A DNA stretch of 64,000 nucleotides from an uncultured Gammaproteobacteria bacterium (lineage in GTDB: Bacteria > Patescibacteriota > Patescibacteriia > Magasanikbacterales > GWA2-37-8): NCBI GenBank assembly GCA_964540825.1, contig CAZINT010000001.1, positions 348,565-412,564 of the forward strand, written 5' to 3'. This document shows positions 26,590 to 35,915 of the stretch, in pieces; the first letter of the stretch is position 1; each line of letters begins with the position of its first letter. The translations under genes and the position numbers were made by a program. Under the pieces are notes generated by a model that made no database searches, was not told the DNA's origin, and saw only the letters and a program-made list of their open reading frames with translations.

Positions 26590-27193
26590 CATGCCCATGT
26601 CGAAGTATGGTATTCGTTTTCTCCTGTCCTTTAACACCAAGGCGCTGAAGGGGGCCTTGGTTGGTTCCGACACCTCCGGCTACAGCCTCACCATTGGTGC
26701 TGGATTTCAGGGTGGGTGTGGGGAATGGCGAGGCAACTCTTACAGTGTTCGCCAGCCGCCCCGGGATATCGTCATCTTTGATCACTCGGTGCTGGTGGGT
26801 CTCGGCAAGATCGACCTCATCACCCTCGGTCTGTGCCTCAGCATCCTTGATGCCCGAGAGGCTCGCCAGATCCCCGATGGCGACACCGCCTTCATCGACA
26901 CCCGTAACCCCCGCTACCTGCACTTCTGGCGGTTGGTGGAGGACGCTGTCCAGAACCGGACCAGCAGCTTCGAGCACGCTGCCCCGCTCGATGTCGATCG
27001 GGTCATGGGTTTCGTCGCTTGGTTCCGGTTGAACCTGGATGTTCTGGTGGATATGGGCGCGGCAAAGACAGATGTCGTGGACGTCACTGATTTCGTCCTG
27101 GCGGCGCAGGAGTACCTCAAGGCGCTCCTTGGCGGGAACGAGCATCTCCTCGCACTGGCGCGGAGTTGGAGGGCTGCAGAGGTCGCTGCCTAG
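26590..27193 (+). CDS. hypothetical protein in GC-rich islet 3
   Basis: Plus-strand frame preceded by consensus promoter and SD; 201 aa (MPMSKYGIRF..); no recognisable domain. Confidence 0.4.
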
Positions 27194-27210
27194 CCGGGCA
27201 GCAACCAATC

Positions 27211-27249
27211 GGTCGGCAGCGTGATTCACTATCACGCTCCCGACCGACC
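27211..27249 (+). terminator. long interrupted hairpin after islet-3 gene
   Basis: GGTCGG-C-AGCGTGAT-TCACT-ATCACGCT-CC-CGACC. Confidence 0.4.
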
Positions 27250-27261
27250 CGTACCTTATAA

Positions 27262-27290
27262 TTGACACTATTTATTTCTAATACTATACT
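27262..27290 (+). promoter_or_regulatory. sigma-70 consensus promoter (TTGACA-17-TATACT) for tRNA-Thr
   Basis: TTGACA 27262-27267, TATACT 27285-27290, tRNA begins 27307. Confidence 0.45.
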
Positions 27291-27306
27291 AATCACCACA
27301 TAACCA

Positions 27307-27377
27307 GCCTCCTTGGTTCAGTGGTAGAACAGCGGTATCGTAAACCGCATGCGCCAGTTCGATTCTGGCAGGAGGCT
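27307..27377 (+). tRNA. tRNA-Thr (anticodon CGU)
   Basis: Manual fold: acceptor GCCTCCT/AGGAGGC, D-arm GTTC/GAAC, anticodon stem GCGGT/ACCGC loop ATCGTAA, T-arm GCCAG-TTCGATT-CTGGC. Confidence 0.8.
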
Positions 27378-27529
27378 CATCGTCAAATCATATAACTTGT
27401 AACGTGTATCTCAGGCATAGTAGTACGCTTGAGATATGAGATGCAAGATTCGAGCTATATGATCTATCCACATTCCGTTTTCAAGCGGGATTTTTTATTT
27501 ATTGTAAGTATGTTATACTAACCAAACTT

Positions 27530-28210
27530 ATGATTACTTTACAAGGCGTTTCAAAATTTTATACTACTGCTTCGGTCGGACTCCGTGATGTTAACCTCTC
27601 TATTGAGCCTGGGGAATTTGTTTCAATTGTTGGTCAGAGTGGAGTTGGTAAAACAACTCTGGTTAAACTCCTTATTGCCGAAGAGCAGCCGACAAAAGGC
27701 AGGGTGGAAATTGGCGGCTGGGATATTACCCGCATTGGACGCAATGATATTCCATACCTGCGCCGGCAAATTGGCGTTATTTTTCAGGATTTTAAATTGT
27801 TACCTAAAAAAACCGTTTTTGAAAACGTTGCTTTTGCTTTAGAAGTTGCGGGGACTGCCCCGGCGCGCATTAAACAAGTGGTACCCCAAGTACTCGATAT
27901 TGTCGGGCTTGCCGGTAAATATGATCGCTATCCTAATCAGATCTCGGGCGGAGAGCAGCAGCGTGTTGTAATCGCGCGTTCACTCGTGCATACTCCTAAA
28001 ATTATTGTTGCCGATGAACCAACCGGAAACTTAGATTCGATTAATACCGAAGAAATTATCACTATCCTCAAAAAAATTAATGAATTTGGAACAACGATCG
28101 TTTTGGTAACACACAATCGTGAAGTCGTTAATCAACTTCGCCGCCGCGTCATCACGCTCCATGATGGAAAAATTATCAGCGATGAGGCCGAAGGAAAATA
28201 TGTTTTGTAG
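27530..28210 (+). CDS. ftsE: cell division ABC transporter ATP-binding protein FtsE
   Basis: Walker A 'GQSGVGKTT', signature 'LSGGEQQRVVIARS', Walker B 'IIVADEPTGNLD'. Confidence 0.85.
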   Translation: MITLQGVSKFYTTASVGLRDVNLSIEPGEFVSIVGQSGVGKTTLVKLLIAEEQPTKGRVEIGGWDITRIGRNDIPYLRRQIGVIFQDFKLLPKKTVFENVAFALEVAGTAPARIKQVVPQVLDIVGLAGKYDRYPNQISGGEQQRVVIARSLVHTPKIIVADEPTGNLDSINTEEIITILKKINEFGTTIVLVTHNREVVNQLRRRVITLHDGKIISDEAEGKYVL

Positions 28211-28213
28211 CTT

Positions 28214-29122
28214 ATGACTTCATTCCTGCGCATTATTAAATTTGCTTTTCAAGACATTGCCCGCAATTTGGGCTTGTCGTTTATGACCGTGTTTATTTTG
28301 GTCCTCATGCTTTTGTCGATCAATATTTTGTGGTCGGTGCAAGTAGTCACCACAGAAGCGGCCGGGCTTATCAAAAATCAAGTCAATGTTAGCTTTTATT
28401 TAGTATCAACTGCTACCGATAAAAATATTGCCGATCTCAAAAATTTTATTACTTCTTTTTCAGAGGTTACGAATGTCGAAGTGCTGTCTCGCCAAGACGT
28501 GCTTGCCTCGTTTCAGCAGCGCCACCAAATGAGTCAGGAGGTTCTTGATGCGCTCAAAGAGCTTGGCGGCAACCCTTTTGGGCCTACGCTCGTGGTTACG
28601 GCCAAACAGCCCGAAGACTATACCAAAATTATCAGTGCGCTTGATGTACCTGAATACCGTCCGCTTATTGAATCTAAGAGTTTTGATGGTCACGAAGAAG
28701 CCATTACCACTATTCAAAATATTACTAATCGGGTAGAAAACGTCGGCCTCGGCTTATCGCTCATTTTTGCTGTTATTTCATTCATGATTATTTTTAATAC
28801 TATTCGAGTAGCGATTTATACTCAGCGTACTGAAATCAGTATTAAACGTCTGGTAGGGGCTAATAATTGGTTTATACGCGGCCCTTATTTGGTAGAGTCG
28901 GCCCTGTTTACCTTGCTCAGCGTTATTGTTACGGGCCTCATTATTTATAAGGCTTTTGGCCTCATTGACCCCTACCTCAGCGTTGTTTTCCCGACCGGCT
29001 TTTCCTTGACAAATTACTACCATTCACATATCCTTACGTTGATTTTAGTCCAGGGTGGAGCGGTATTATTCTTGACCGTACTCTCGAGCGGCCTTGCTAT
29101 GCAGAAGCATCTAAAGGTCTAG
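28214..29122 (+). CDS. ftsX: cell division permease-like protein FtsX
   Basis: Adjacent to ftsE; N-terminal TM, periplasmic domain, C-terminal 3-TM FtsX-like module. Confidence 0.75.
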   Translation: MTSFLRIIKFAFQDIARNLGLSFMTVFILVLMLLSINILWSVQVVTTEAAGLIKNQVNVSFYLVSTATDKNIADLKNFITSFSEVTNVEVLSRQDVLASFQQRHQMSQEVLDALKELGGNPFGPTLVVTAKQPEDYTKIISALDVPEYRPLIESKSFDGHEEAITTIQNITNRVENVGLGLSLIFAVISFMIIFNTIRVAIYTQRTEISIKRLVGANNWFIRGPYLVESALFTLLSVIVTGLIIYKAFGLIDPYLSVVFPTGFSLTNYYHSHILTLILVQGGAVLFLTVLSSGLAMQKHLKV

Positions 29123-29142
29123 TTTGGAGGGTACAGCCACGC

Positions 29143-29169
29143 ATTCCGCCTTCTTGGCGGAATTTTTAT
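29143..29169 (+). terminator. Rho-independent terminator after ftsX
   Basis: ATTCCGCC-TTCTT-GGCGGAAT then TTTTAT. Confidence 0.5.
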
Positions 29170-29240
29170 TCGGGGATCGTCTAAAGGTAGGACAGCAGCC
29201 TTTGAAGCTGTTTATCTAGGTTCGATTCCAACCAGTGGAT
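29170..29240 (+). pseudogene. degenerate tRNA-Gln-like copy (intact 5' half incl. anticodon loop CTTTGAA; T-stem and 3' acceptor strand do not pair)
   Basis: TCGGGGA-TC-GTCT-AAAGGTA-GGAC-A-GCAGC-CTTTGAA-GCTGT-TTAT-CTAGG-TTCGATT-CCAAC-CAGTGGA; same architecture as 29274-29347 but 3' half unpaired. Confidence 0.3.
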
Positions 29241-29273
29241 TGAACCTTTAACAAGTTGGCTAACATAACACAC

Positions 29274-29347
29274 TCGGAGTTCGTCTAACGGCAGGACAGC
29301 GCCCTTTGAAGGCGCTTATCCAGGTTCGAATCCTGGACTCCGAACCA
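29274..29347 (+). tRNA. tRNA-Gln (anticodon UUG), CCA encoded
   Basis: Manual fold: acceptor TCGGAGT/ACTCCGA, D-arm GTCT/GGAC, anticodon stem GCGCC/GGCGC loop CTTTGAA, T-arm CCAGG-TTCGAAT-CCTGG, then ACCA. Confidence 0.8.
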
Positions 29348-29365
29348 AGTAATCTAACTTCCAAA

Positions 29366-29392
29366 AAGTTCGCTTAATCGCGAGCTTTTTTT
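29366..29392 (+). terminator. Rho-independent terminator after tRNA-Gln
   Basis: AAGTTCGC-TTAATC-GCGAGCTT (one U.G) followed by TTTTT. Confidence 0.5.
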
Positions 29393-29463
29393 GTTGCTCG
29401 CCATAGGTCGAAAACAAAAATTACCTTGGCATTTATGAATCCTTAAAGGGTTCCCAGCTTACC

Positions 29464-29802
29464 ATGGCACTTGAGACTTTCCTGCTGACTAGTTCAGACG
29501 GAAAGGTAGAGCGCCTAAACCTAATCTGCCAAGGTATGGGGTCAGCTGGGAATTTTCTAAGGATTTTTTATATGTCTAATTGTATGAGGCTATACCACGA
29601 TCGTTTTAACTCAAACGGAATTATGTACGGCCAAGAGAAGCCGGTTCGTTGGGGTCGGGTGGTCCTGTTTATAGCGGTGTTAATTGCTGTGCTCTACGGC
29701 GCGCGTTTAATTCAAAATTATCGAGCCCTTAAAACTATATGCAAACAACAACCTGCGGACATGACGTGTCAGGTGACGATGCGCGAAACGTTGGCAATAT
29801 GA
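29464..29802 (+). CDS. hypothetical protein (weak)
   Basis: 112-aa ORF between tRNA-Gln and phage genes; C-terminal TM; may be non-coding. Confidence 0.25.
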   Translation: MALETFLLTSSDGKVERLNLICQGMGSAGNFLRIFYMSNCMRLYHDRFNSNGIMYGQEKPVRWGRVVLFIAVLIAVLYGARLIQNYRALKTICKQQPADMTCQVTMRETLAI

Positions 29803-29864
29803 CTTGTTGTGCAGGATGCCAGGATCGTCACCGTGACAGCTTAGAAGAATAAAATTATTTTCTT

Positions 29865-30152
29865 ATGCAGCTTATAAAAATAGATGGGACAACTACTGAG
29901 GTCGAGCCGCAAAATGGTAAAAAGTTTTCCCTTGATGAGCTTCGAGGCTATGTCGGAGGAACTATCGATACGGTCAGGCTTCCCAAAAGCGGTAAGTACA
30001 TGATCGTAAATGATAATGGCAAGCTGGACGGCCTGCCAAAAAATGAAAGGGCTACTGAAATCTGGAAAAAGGAATTTCCGATCAGTGAGTATCCGCACAA
30101 TAATGACGAATTGATTGTGGGGGATGTGCTGATGGGATCTCTCCAAGAATAG
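29865..30152 (+). CDS. DUF3846-like phage protein
   Basis: N-terminal pattern 'MQLIKIDGTTTEVEPQ..SLDELRGYVGGTIDTV' typical of DUF3846. Confidence 0.45.
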   Translation: MQLIKIDGTTTEVEPQNGKKFSLDELRGYVGGTIDTVRLPKSGKYMIVNDNGKLDGLPKNERATEIWKKEFPISEYPHNNDELIVGDVLMGSLQE

Positions 30153-30209
30153 AATTTAAAAACCCGCCTGCGTTCGAGCGCAAAGCGGATTTAATCAGAA
30201 ACAACATTT

Positions 30210-31022
30210 ATGTCTACAAAGAAAGATACCTCATTGGTGAAGACCGGTCAAGAAGGTCTAAGCCAAGAACAAATCGCTCTTATTACGCGCACTATTGCCA
30301 AGGGAGCCTCACCAGACGAATTACAGCTCTTTATTGGCCAATGCAACCGGACTGGCCTCGACCCCTTCTCGCGTCAAATTTATGCGATCAAACGCTGGGA
30401 TAGTCGTGAACAACGAGAAGTAATGGGCATTCAAGCAAGCATTGATGGTCTACGTTTGGTAGCTGAACGAACAGGTAAGTATGCTGGTCAAACACCGGTT
30501 GAGTGGTGTGGTAGTGATGGACAGTGGGTAGACGTATGGCTTAAAGAAGGACCACCAGTTGCAGCAAAAGTCGGCGTACTTCGCAAAGACTTTTCCGAAC
30601 CGTTAGTGGCTGTAGCAAAGTATAGAAGCTACGTTCAGACCTTCAAAAATAAACAAACCGGAAAATTTGAACCATCGAGCTTCTGGCAGAAAATGCCTGA
30701 ACTTATGCTCGGCAAGGTGGCGGAAGCATTGGCTTTAAGAAAAGCATTCCCTCAAGAACTGAGCGGACTTTATACAACCGAAGAAATGTCCAACGCCGAC
30801 GAGCAGCAATTTAAGGAACCTCCAAAAAAACCAGAAACCAAAGAAGAAGCCGCAGTTGAAGGTGAAGTGGTAGGAGAAAAAAAAGAAGTAACTGGTACAC
30901 CGCCTAACGAATCTGAATGTACTAACTGTGCAAAATTGATTACACCGGCAGAAATTGGTTTTTCTAAAAGACGCTACGGCAAAGCACTTTGTCGTGAATG
31001 TCAGAAAGGAGCACAAGTATGA
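30210..31022 (+). CDS. recT: RecT-family single-strand annealing recombinase with C-terminal zinc ribbon
   Basis: '[23 protein letters not shown]' RecT signature region; C-terminal CxxC..CxxC. Confidence 0.7.
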   Translation: MSTKKDTSLVKTGQEGLSQEQIALITRTIAKGASPDELQLFIGQCNRTGLDPFSRQIYAIKRWDSREQREVMGIQASIDGLRLVAERTGKYAGQTPVEWCGSDGQWVDVWLKEGPPVAAKVGVLRKDFSEPLVAVAKYRSYVQTFKNKQTGKFEPSSFWQKMPELMLGKVAEALALRKAFPQELSGLYTTEEMSNADEQQFKEPPKKPETKEEAAVEGEVVGEKKEVTGTPPNESECTNCAKLITPAEIGFSKRRYGKALCRECQKGAQV

Positions 31023-31849
31023 GCGAATCCTCCACTCCAGTAGTAACTAAACTCTATAAAGGCAAAGTTACAGTTGAGTTTTTTGACGAATGGCTCAATC
31101 CAGAAACAAAACGAATTAACACGCATGTTTATTTGGTGAATGGCAAACGTTGCCCAATTTCCGTTACTAAGGTAACCGGAAAACTCGATAAATCAGATGT
31201 ACTGAAAAAATGGGCCGTTGACCAAGCTAAAGACTACCTGCTCGAGTTGATCGAAAGTGGTGCTGCCGTAACAAGTGAGGACGTTCTTGAAGCCGCAAAA
31301 CAGCACACGATCAGACTCGCTAAAGCTGCTACGAGCGGTACGTTAGTTCACGAATGGGCTGAGCAATACATCAAGGGTCAAAACCCACCCATGCCAGAGG
31401 AAGACAATGTTACTAATGGAGTCATGGCATTTCTTGACTGGGTCAAGGAGTACGATGTGCGATTCATTGCCAGTGAAAAACTTGTCTACAGTAAAAAACA
31501 CGGCGTTGTTGGGCTTATGGATTGTAAATTTACCATGGGGCGCGAAGACCACAAGATCATTCACGCTGGGGATTTTAAAACAAGCTCAGGTATTTACACT
31601 GAAATGCGTTACCAAGTTAGCGGCTACCAGGCGATGGACGAAGAAGAAAGTGGCTGCGTCTATGGTGATAAATGGATCATGCGATTTGCTAAGGACGATA
31701 AGTACGACAAAAAAACTGGAGTACTCATTGAAAAAGCCGGTACCTTCGAAGCAAAAATGTTCCCTAGAGAAGAACACGAAAAGGACTTTGCCGCCTTCCT
31801 TGGCCTTTTAGCCGTAACAAAAAGAGAAGACGAATTACACGCTAAATAA
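31019..31849 (+). CDS. PD-(D/E)XK family nuclease (probable exonuclease partner of RecT)
   Basis: ATGA overlap with recT stop; '[17 protein letters not shown]' D..(D/E)xK-like motifs; position after RecT. Confidence 0.45.
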   Translation: MSESSTPVVTKLYKGKVTVEFFDEWLNPETKRINTHVYLVNGKRCPISVTKVTGKLDKSDVLKKWAVDQAKDYLLELIESGAAVTSEDVLEAAKQHTIRLAKAATSGTLVHEWAEQYIKGQNPPMPEEDNVTNGVMAFLDWVKEYDVRFIASEKLVYSKKHGVVGLMDCKFTMGREDHKIIHAGDFKTSSGIYTEMRYQVSGYQAMDEEESGCVYGDKWIMRFAKDDKYDKKTGVLIEKAGTFEAKMFPREEHEKDFAAFLGLLAVTKREDELHAK

Positions 31850-31864
31850 CTATTAAATTCTACT

Positions 31865-32107
31865 ATGGAAAACACAAAAAAGACCTTAACACCCTTCGAA
31901 CGCCTAGTTGATTTTATTGAGCACTACGAAAGCGATACTTTCTCGGCTGATAAAAGAGAAGTAACACACAAAGAAGCTGAAGTTATAGCCGAGCGCTTAA
32001 TTGTAGAAATGATTGAGGATGAGATTGATGGTGTTACGCTTAGTGGCATTCTTCTCGATCTTCGACCCGAAGAGAGCGACGAAGACGACGAAGAGCAAGA
32101 ACAGTAA
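31865..32107 (+). CDS. hypothetical acidic small protein
   Basis: 80-aa ORF with acidic DE-rich tail. Confidence 0.4.
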   Translation: MENTKKTLTPFERLVDFIEHYESDTFSADKREVTHKEAEVIAERLIVEMIEDEIDGVTLSGILLDLRPEESDEDDEEQEQ

Positions 32108-32286
32108 AAATTTTAGCTTGCCTGTCCGGTGTTCGCGGTCGTTGGAGAAGCGAACACCGGCAGGATTGGCCAGAATTGTTTACGAGCTAATTTTCGGGCT
32201 GGGAAAGCATGGGTATCGTAGCGGCGTAAGTTGCTAAGGTGCACATCCAGCCTTGAAGTTAACTCATAAACATAAGTGCTTTCCTT

Positions 32287-33171
32287 ATGACAAAAGACAA
32301 GCTGTACTTCCCGCACGACAGTAATGCCCGGCAAGATCCCAAGATTGTCGCGTTGATCAGTAAATACAAAATGGAGGGGTATGCGTGGTGGTGGATCATT
32401 ATCGAGACACTCCGCGAACAGGAAAACTATCGCCTGGACCTTTCTCAAGAATACAACCTTTATGCGATCGCATTGCAAACGCAAAGCGAAAAAGAACGCA
32501 TAAAACAGTTCTTAAAAGACTGTATTACGGAGTTTCAGCTCCTAAAAACAGATAAAAAAGAAAAATTTATTTGGAGTGAGTCGCTGTTGAACCGTATGAA
32601 GCACAAAGACGAAAAGTCTCAAAAAGCCCGAGAATCAGCGCAAAAACGATGGGGGCAAGTACCTAGCGAAGGCAATGCGAACGCATTACCGACGCAGAGC
32701 GAACGCAATGCTAAAAAAGGAAATAAAGAAAACAAAGATATTGTTGTAGCTAACGCCACTAAAGGTTCAATAAAAATTAACGACGCACTTATGCCATTAG
32801 AAGAAGTTACTTACGAGGCTGAAAATAACCCGAGTGGCAAAACCAAGTATGGGCGAAAAACGATGATGCTCTTCGCACGCTGTTACCTTGAGGCAGCCGG
32901 TATACAGCTTGAGCCGGGTGCAATATACGACGCAAATAAAATCAGCCCGGGATTATCAAAACTCTACAAGCAGCTCAAAGACCCGGACCGGGTACTCGAT
33001 GGGTTAAGGATCGCTGGCCGGTACTTCGGAAGCAAGGGGCTCGATTGGACACCTATCACGGTTTGGAAGAATTGGGAAAAAATCTGGCAATGGCACAAGG
33101 ACGGTGAAAAAACAGATAGAAACGGTGTTGCCGCACGCCACCAGGACGTGGCAGAAAGGAGGGCGCTATGA
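32287..33171 (+). CDS. phage replication initiation/replisome organiser protein (DUF4373 Lin1244-like N-terminal domain)
   Basis: 'YFPHDSNARQDPKIVALISKYKMEGYAWWWIIIE' matches DUF4373 pattern; directly upstream of DnaB. Confidence 0.5.
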   Translation: MTKDKLYFPHDSNARQDPKIVALISKYKMEGYAWWWIIIETLREQENYRLDLSQEYNLYAIALQTQSEKERIKQFLKDCITEFQLLKTDKKEKFIWSESLLNRMKHKDEKSQKARESAQKRWGQVPSEGNANALPTQSERNAKKGNKENKDIVVANATKGSIKINDALMPLEEVTYEAENNPSGKTKYGRKTMMLFARCYLEAAGIQLEPGAIYDANKISPGLSKLYKQLKDPDRVLDGLRIAGRYFGSKGLDWTPITVWKNWEKIWQWHKDGEKTDRNGVAARHQDVAERRAL

Positions 33172-34514
33172 GCAAACATGAAAATCACTACGACGAAACA
33201 ATGGAGCGCTCAGTCCTCGGATCGCTGCTCCTCGACAAAGAAGCAATCTACAAAGTTTTAGACGCACTCGAACCGGCAGACTTCTATTTTGAAAAACATC
33301 AAACCATTTACCGGGTACTTCTCGAACTGTTCAAAGCTGGTCGGGAAATTGACATGGTGCTTATTGGTCAGGAATTAGAAGCGCAGCAGTTGGTAAAAAG
33401 AATTGGCGGTTATGCTTATCTCGCTGAGCTCACCAACGCCGTCGCTACTTCCTCAAACATTGAGCACTACGCCGAAATCGTCAAAAGCCATTCCATTCGT
33501 CGCCAGCTGCTCGAAGCGCAACAAAAGAACCTTTCGATCATAGCTGACCATGAAAAAGACATTGGCACCGTCCTCGCTGAGACGCAGGGCAATATCGTTA
33601 AAATCAACGCGATCAATAAAACGGATGATTCGATCAAAGCTATTCTCCGCGAACTCGAAGAAGCTCAGGAGGCCTATTCTGTCAGGCGTGAGAATGGGCA
33701 GCAGTACATCGGCTACCGCTCCGGTATCGACAAAATTGACCAGCATATCGACGGCATCCGTCCCGGGCATATCTGGGTAGTCGGTGGCTGGACCTCAACC
33801 GGCAAAACGCAGTTTGCGCTCAATATAGTCAACAGCCTGCTCGAGCAGAGCGTGCCAACGGCAATTATCAGCCTCGAAATGAGCCGGGTGGATACCCTGG
33901 CCCGTCTGATAGGTATCAGGACCAATATGAGCTCTATGGCTGTCATTAAGGGTCGGAATGACGTTCAATCCGCGCACCAAATCGAGAGCTCCAAAGACTT
34001 CTTTCACCGCTCCCCGCTGTACGTCCACACCACTTTCTTTGACATCGAAAAAATAAAAATGTTGATCCGTAAGGACGTTTACACGTTGGGCGTGAAGTTT
34101 GTTTTGGTGGACTACGTTCAGAACATCATTAGCGAAGAGAAAGCCATGCGTGAGTATGATCTGCTCACTCAATCGGCCGTGGCGCTCCAGGCAATTGCTC
34201 GTGAGCTTGGAATCACCATCTACATTGTTTCTCAGATCAGTAACGAAAGCGAAAAGGGCAATGGCGCTGGCGCTGGGTTCAAAGGAACAGGTGCGCTCGA
34301 AGCAGTTGCTGACCTCGCCATTCGTCTTGAGAGAGATCGCAAAAAGGAAGGAGCTGACGACCTGTATGTGCCGGTAAAAATAACGATCTTTAAAAATCGC
34401 CATGGCTACACTGGCAAAATTGATAGCTACTGTATGTGGCTGAAAAGTGGAAAGTATGACGACTCGGTCATTTACATTCCACCGGAGGCACGGAGCAAAT
34501 ATGTCAGAAGTTAG
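33168..34514 (+). CDS. dnaB: replicative DNA helicase (DnaB family), phage-encoded
   Basis: N-terminal domain 'ERSVLGSLLLD', Walker A 'GGWTSTGKTQFALN', RecA-like core motifs; 448 aa. Confidence 0.8.
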   Translation: MSKHENHYDETMERSVLGSLLLDKEAIYKVLDALEPADFYFEKHQTIYRVLLELFKAGREIDMVLIGQELEAQQLVKRIGGYAYLAELTNAVATSSNIEHYAEIVKSHSIRRQLLEAQQKNLSIIADHEKDIGTVLAETQGNIVKINAINKTDDSIKAILRELEEAQEAYSVRRENGQQYIGYRSGIDKIDQHIDGIRPGHIWVVGGWTSTGKTQFALNIVNSLLEQSVPTAIISLEMSRVDTLARLIGIRTNMSSMAVIKGRNDVQSAHQIESSKDFFHRSPLYVHTTFFDIEKIKMLIRKDVYTLGVKFVLVDYVQNIISEEKAMREYDLLTQSAVALQAIARELGITIYIVSQISNESEKGNGAGAGFKGTGALEAVADLAIRLERDRKKEGADDLYVPVKITIFKNRHGYTGKIDSYCMWLKSGKYDDSVIYIPPEARSKYVRS

Positions 34515-34740
34515 AGTATTCAGATTGCATTATTGTTCTCGATGCCACGGCAAGTATCAAAACAATGTAACGGTCTTTCACGACCCCACTAATCCCTATG
34601 AACCTATCAAATACACCGATTACGACTGTCCTTGCGGCTTCTCCTACCACTTCAAACCTCGAGCAGGTGGCCGAAATAATTCCTCGGACCAAGCTCGGTC
34701 GAGCAGTGGTAGGGAAAATGATCAACTGTCGCTTCTGTAA
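34501..34740 (+). CDS. small Cys-rich (zinc-binding-like) protein, translationally coupled to dnaB (weak)
   Basis: ATG overlaps dnaB stop; 'CSRCHG..CPCG' motif; C-terminal part low complexity. Confidence 0.2.
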   Translation: MSEVRVFRLHYCSRCHGKYQNNVTVFHDPTNPYEPIKYTDYDCPCGFSYHFKPRAGGRNNSSDQARSSSGRENDQLSLL

Positions 34741-34843
34741 AGGACAAGCCAGGATCTACTTGGAAGCTCGTCAGTATCGGGTGAACTGTGCCACGTGTGG
34801 TGATGATACATATTTAAAAAATTATAATCATCCTTCTTTATGA
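34719..34843 (+). CDS. small zinc-ribbon protein (weak)
   Basis: 'MINCRFCKGQARIYLEARQYRVNCATCGDD'; two CxxC pairs. Confidence 0.2.
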
Positions 34844-35355
34844 GCGCTCCTGAAACAATTCAAAAGCGCTGGCGCGAAATGATGCAGGCTAAACTCGCCA
34901 ACGTAAAAAATATTAAGCAACTAGAGGGCTCTGACCCCAACGTAAAGCGCATTATGGAGACACTCAGGAGTTTTTACCAGCACAAAATTGACGTAGTACC
35001 TGTGCCAGAGCTGACCAATACCGGAGGGCACCTTCTCGGACACTACGTGAGTGTGGCAACGACTTCTTCAATAAAACGCGCCGAGCGTGATGCGGCCGAG
35101 CAGTGCTACGAAGAAATACTCTCATCCCTGACTTTAATGAATCGTAATGATGAAGTTGGTGTTACGGAAGCTCGATCAATGGCCAAAGAGCAAATGGGTG
35201 AATTTGCCACGGAGATTGTTTGGCGCGAGCAGCACAAAAACGCCTACGAAGCGATTGTGGATAGTACGGAAAAAACCATCTCATTTATCCAAAGCATCAT
35301 TAAAACCAAATTAAACGAGCGAGCAAGTGGAAAGCTTGCTGATGAAACAACTTGA
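34840..35355 (+). CDS. hypothetical phage protein
   Basis: 171-aa ORF, predicted helical. Confidence 0.4.
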   Translation: MSAPETIQKRWREMMQAKLANVKNIKQLEGSDPNVKRIMETLRSFYQHKIDVVPVPELTNTGGHLLGHYVSVATTSSIKRAERDAAEQCYEEILSSLTLMNRNDEVGVTEARSMAKEQMGEFATEIVWREQHKNAYEAIVDSTEKTISFIQSIIKTKLNERASGKLADETT

Positions 35356-35725
35356 TATGTTGAAACTTAGTGAGGGAACAAAAAATAAGTTATTGGCAGA
35401 TTCGTATATGGAACGTTGCGCCGCTTGCGGTAAAACTGGGACTCAGTGGCACCATGTGATGTTCTGGGGTCGGCAGCTGGACTTATGGTGGGCCATCGTC
35501 CCGGCTTGTCCCGAGTGCCATAAGCTCGTTGATACGAATAAGTCCATTGATGAGGATGGAAACGTAATGCGCGAGTTATTTCAGTGGGTGGCAATTCTTC
35601 GAATGCCGCTCAAAATGAAAGCGCAGTACCGAAAGTATGATTGGGATTTTGAACGACGTCGGCTTGATCGAAAATTTGTTGAAAACTATTGGTTTATAGC
35701 TTTAAAAATTCAGCATCATTATTAA
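35327..35725 (+). CDS. hypothetical Cys/His-rich protein (possible HNH-like or zinc finger)
   Basis: 'CAACGKTGTQWHHV..CPECH'. Confidence 0.3.
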   Translation: MESLLMKQLDMLKLSEGTKNKLLADSYMERCAACGKTGTQWHHVMFWGRQLDLWWAIVPACPECHKLVDTNKSIDEDGNVMRELFQWVAILRMPLKMKAQYRKYDWDFERRRLDRKFVENYWFIALKIQHHY

Positions 35726-35915
35726 CTAAACAAAGGGGTATGAATTTTTTAAAAAAGGTAAAACGCACGTTGGGTCTGCTTGCTACTTGTCGGGTCTGCG
35801 GCAATGAGTGTAAAAACATGGTCGATAAAATCAGACGTCAACAGATCGTTAAGTATTGCCAAAAGATCTGCCGGTTACGACGGCACAACTCAACTATTTA
35901 ATTATAATTTTTAAT

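Larger units (their letters stand above)
26560..27255. other. GC-rich islet 3 directly upstream of tRNA-Thr
   Basis: Sharp G+C rise; overlapping long ORFs on both strands typical of high-GC DNA. Confidence 0.55.

Noticed and set aside
26564-27268. 234-aa minus-strand ORF covering all of GC-rich islet 3
   Set aside because: High-GC DNA yields long open frames on both strands. Only the plus-strand frame has a consensus promoter plus SD. The minus ORF product is Arg/Ala/Gly-rich, as is typical of an antisense frame.
29491-29560. tRNA-like acceptor pairing (GCTGACT ... GGTCAGC) in the tRNA-Gln/phage spacer
   Set aside because: No D-arm or T-arm could be built, so it is probably coincidental.
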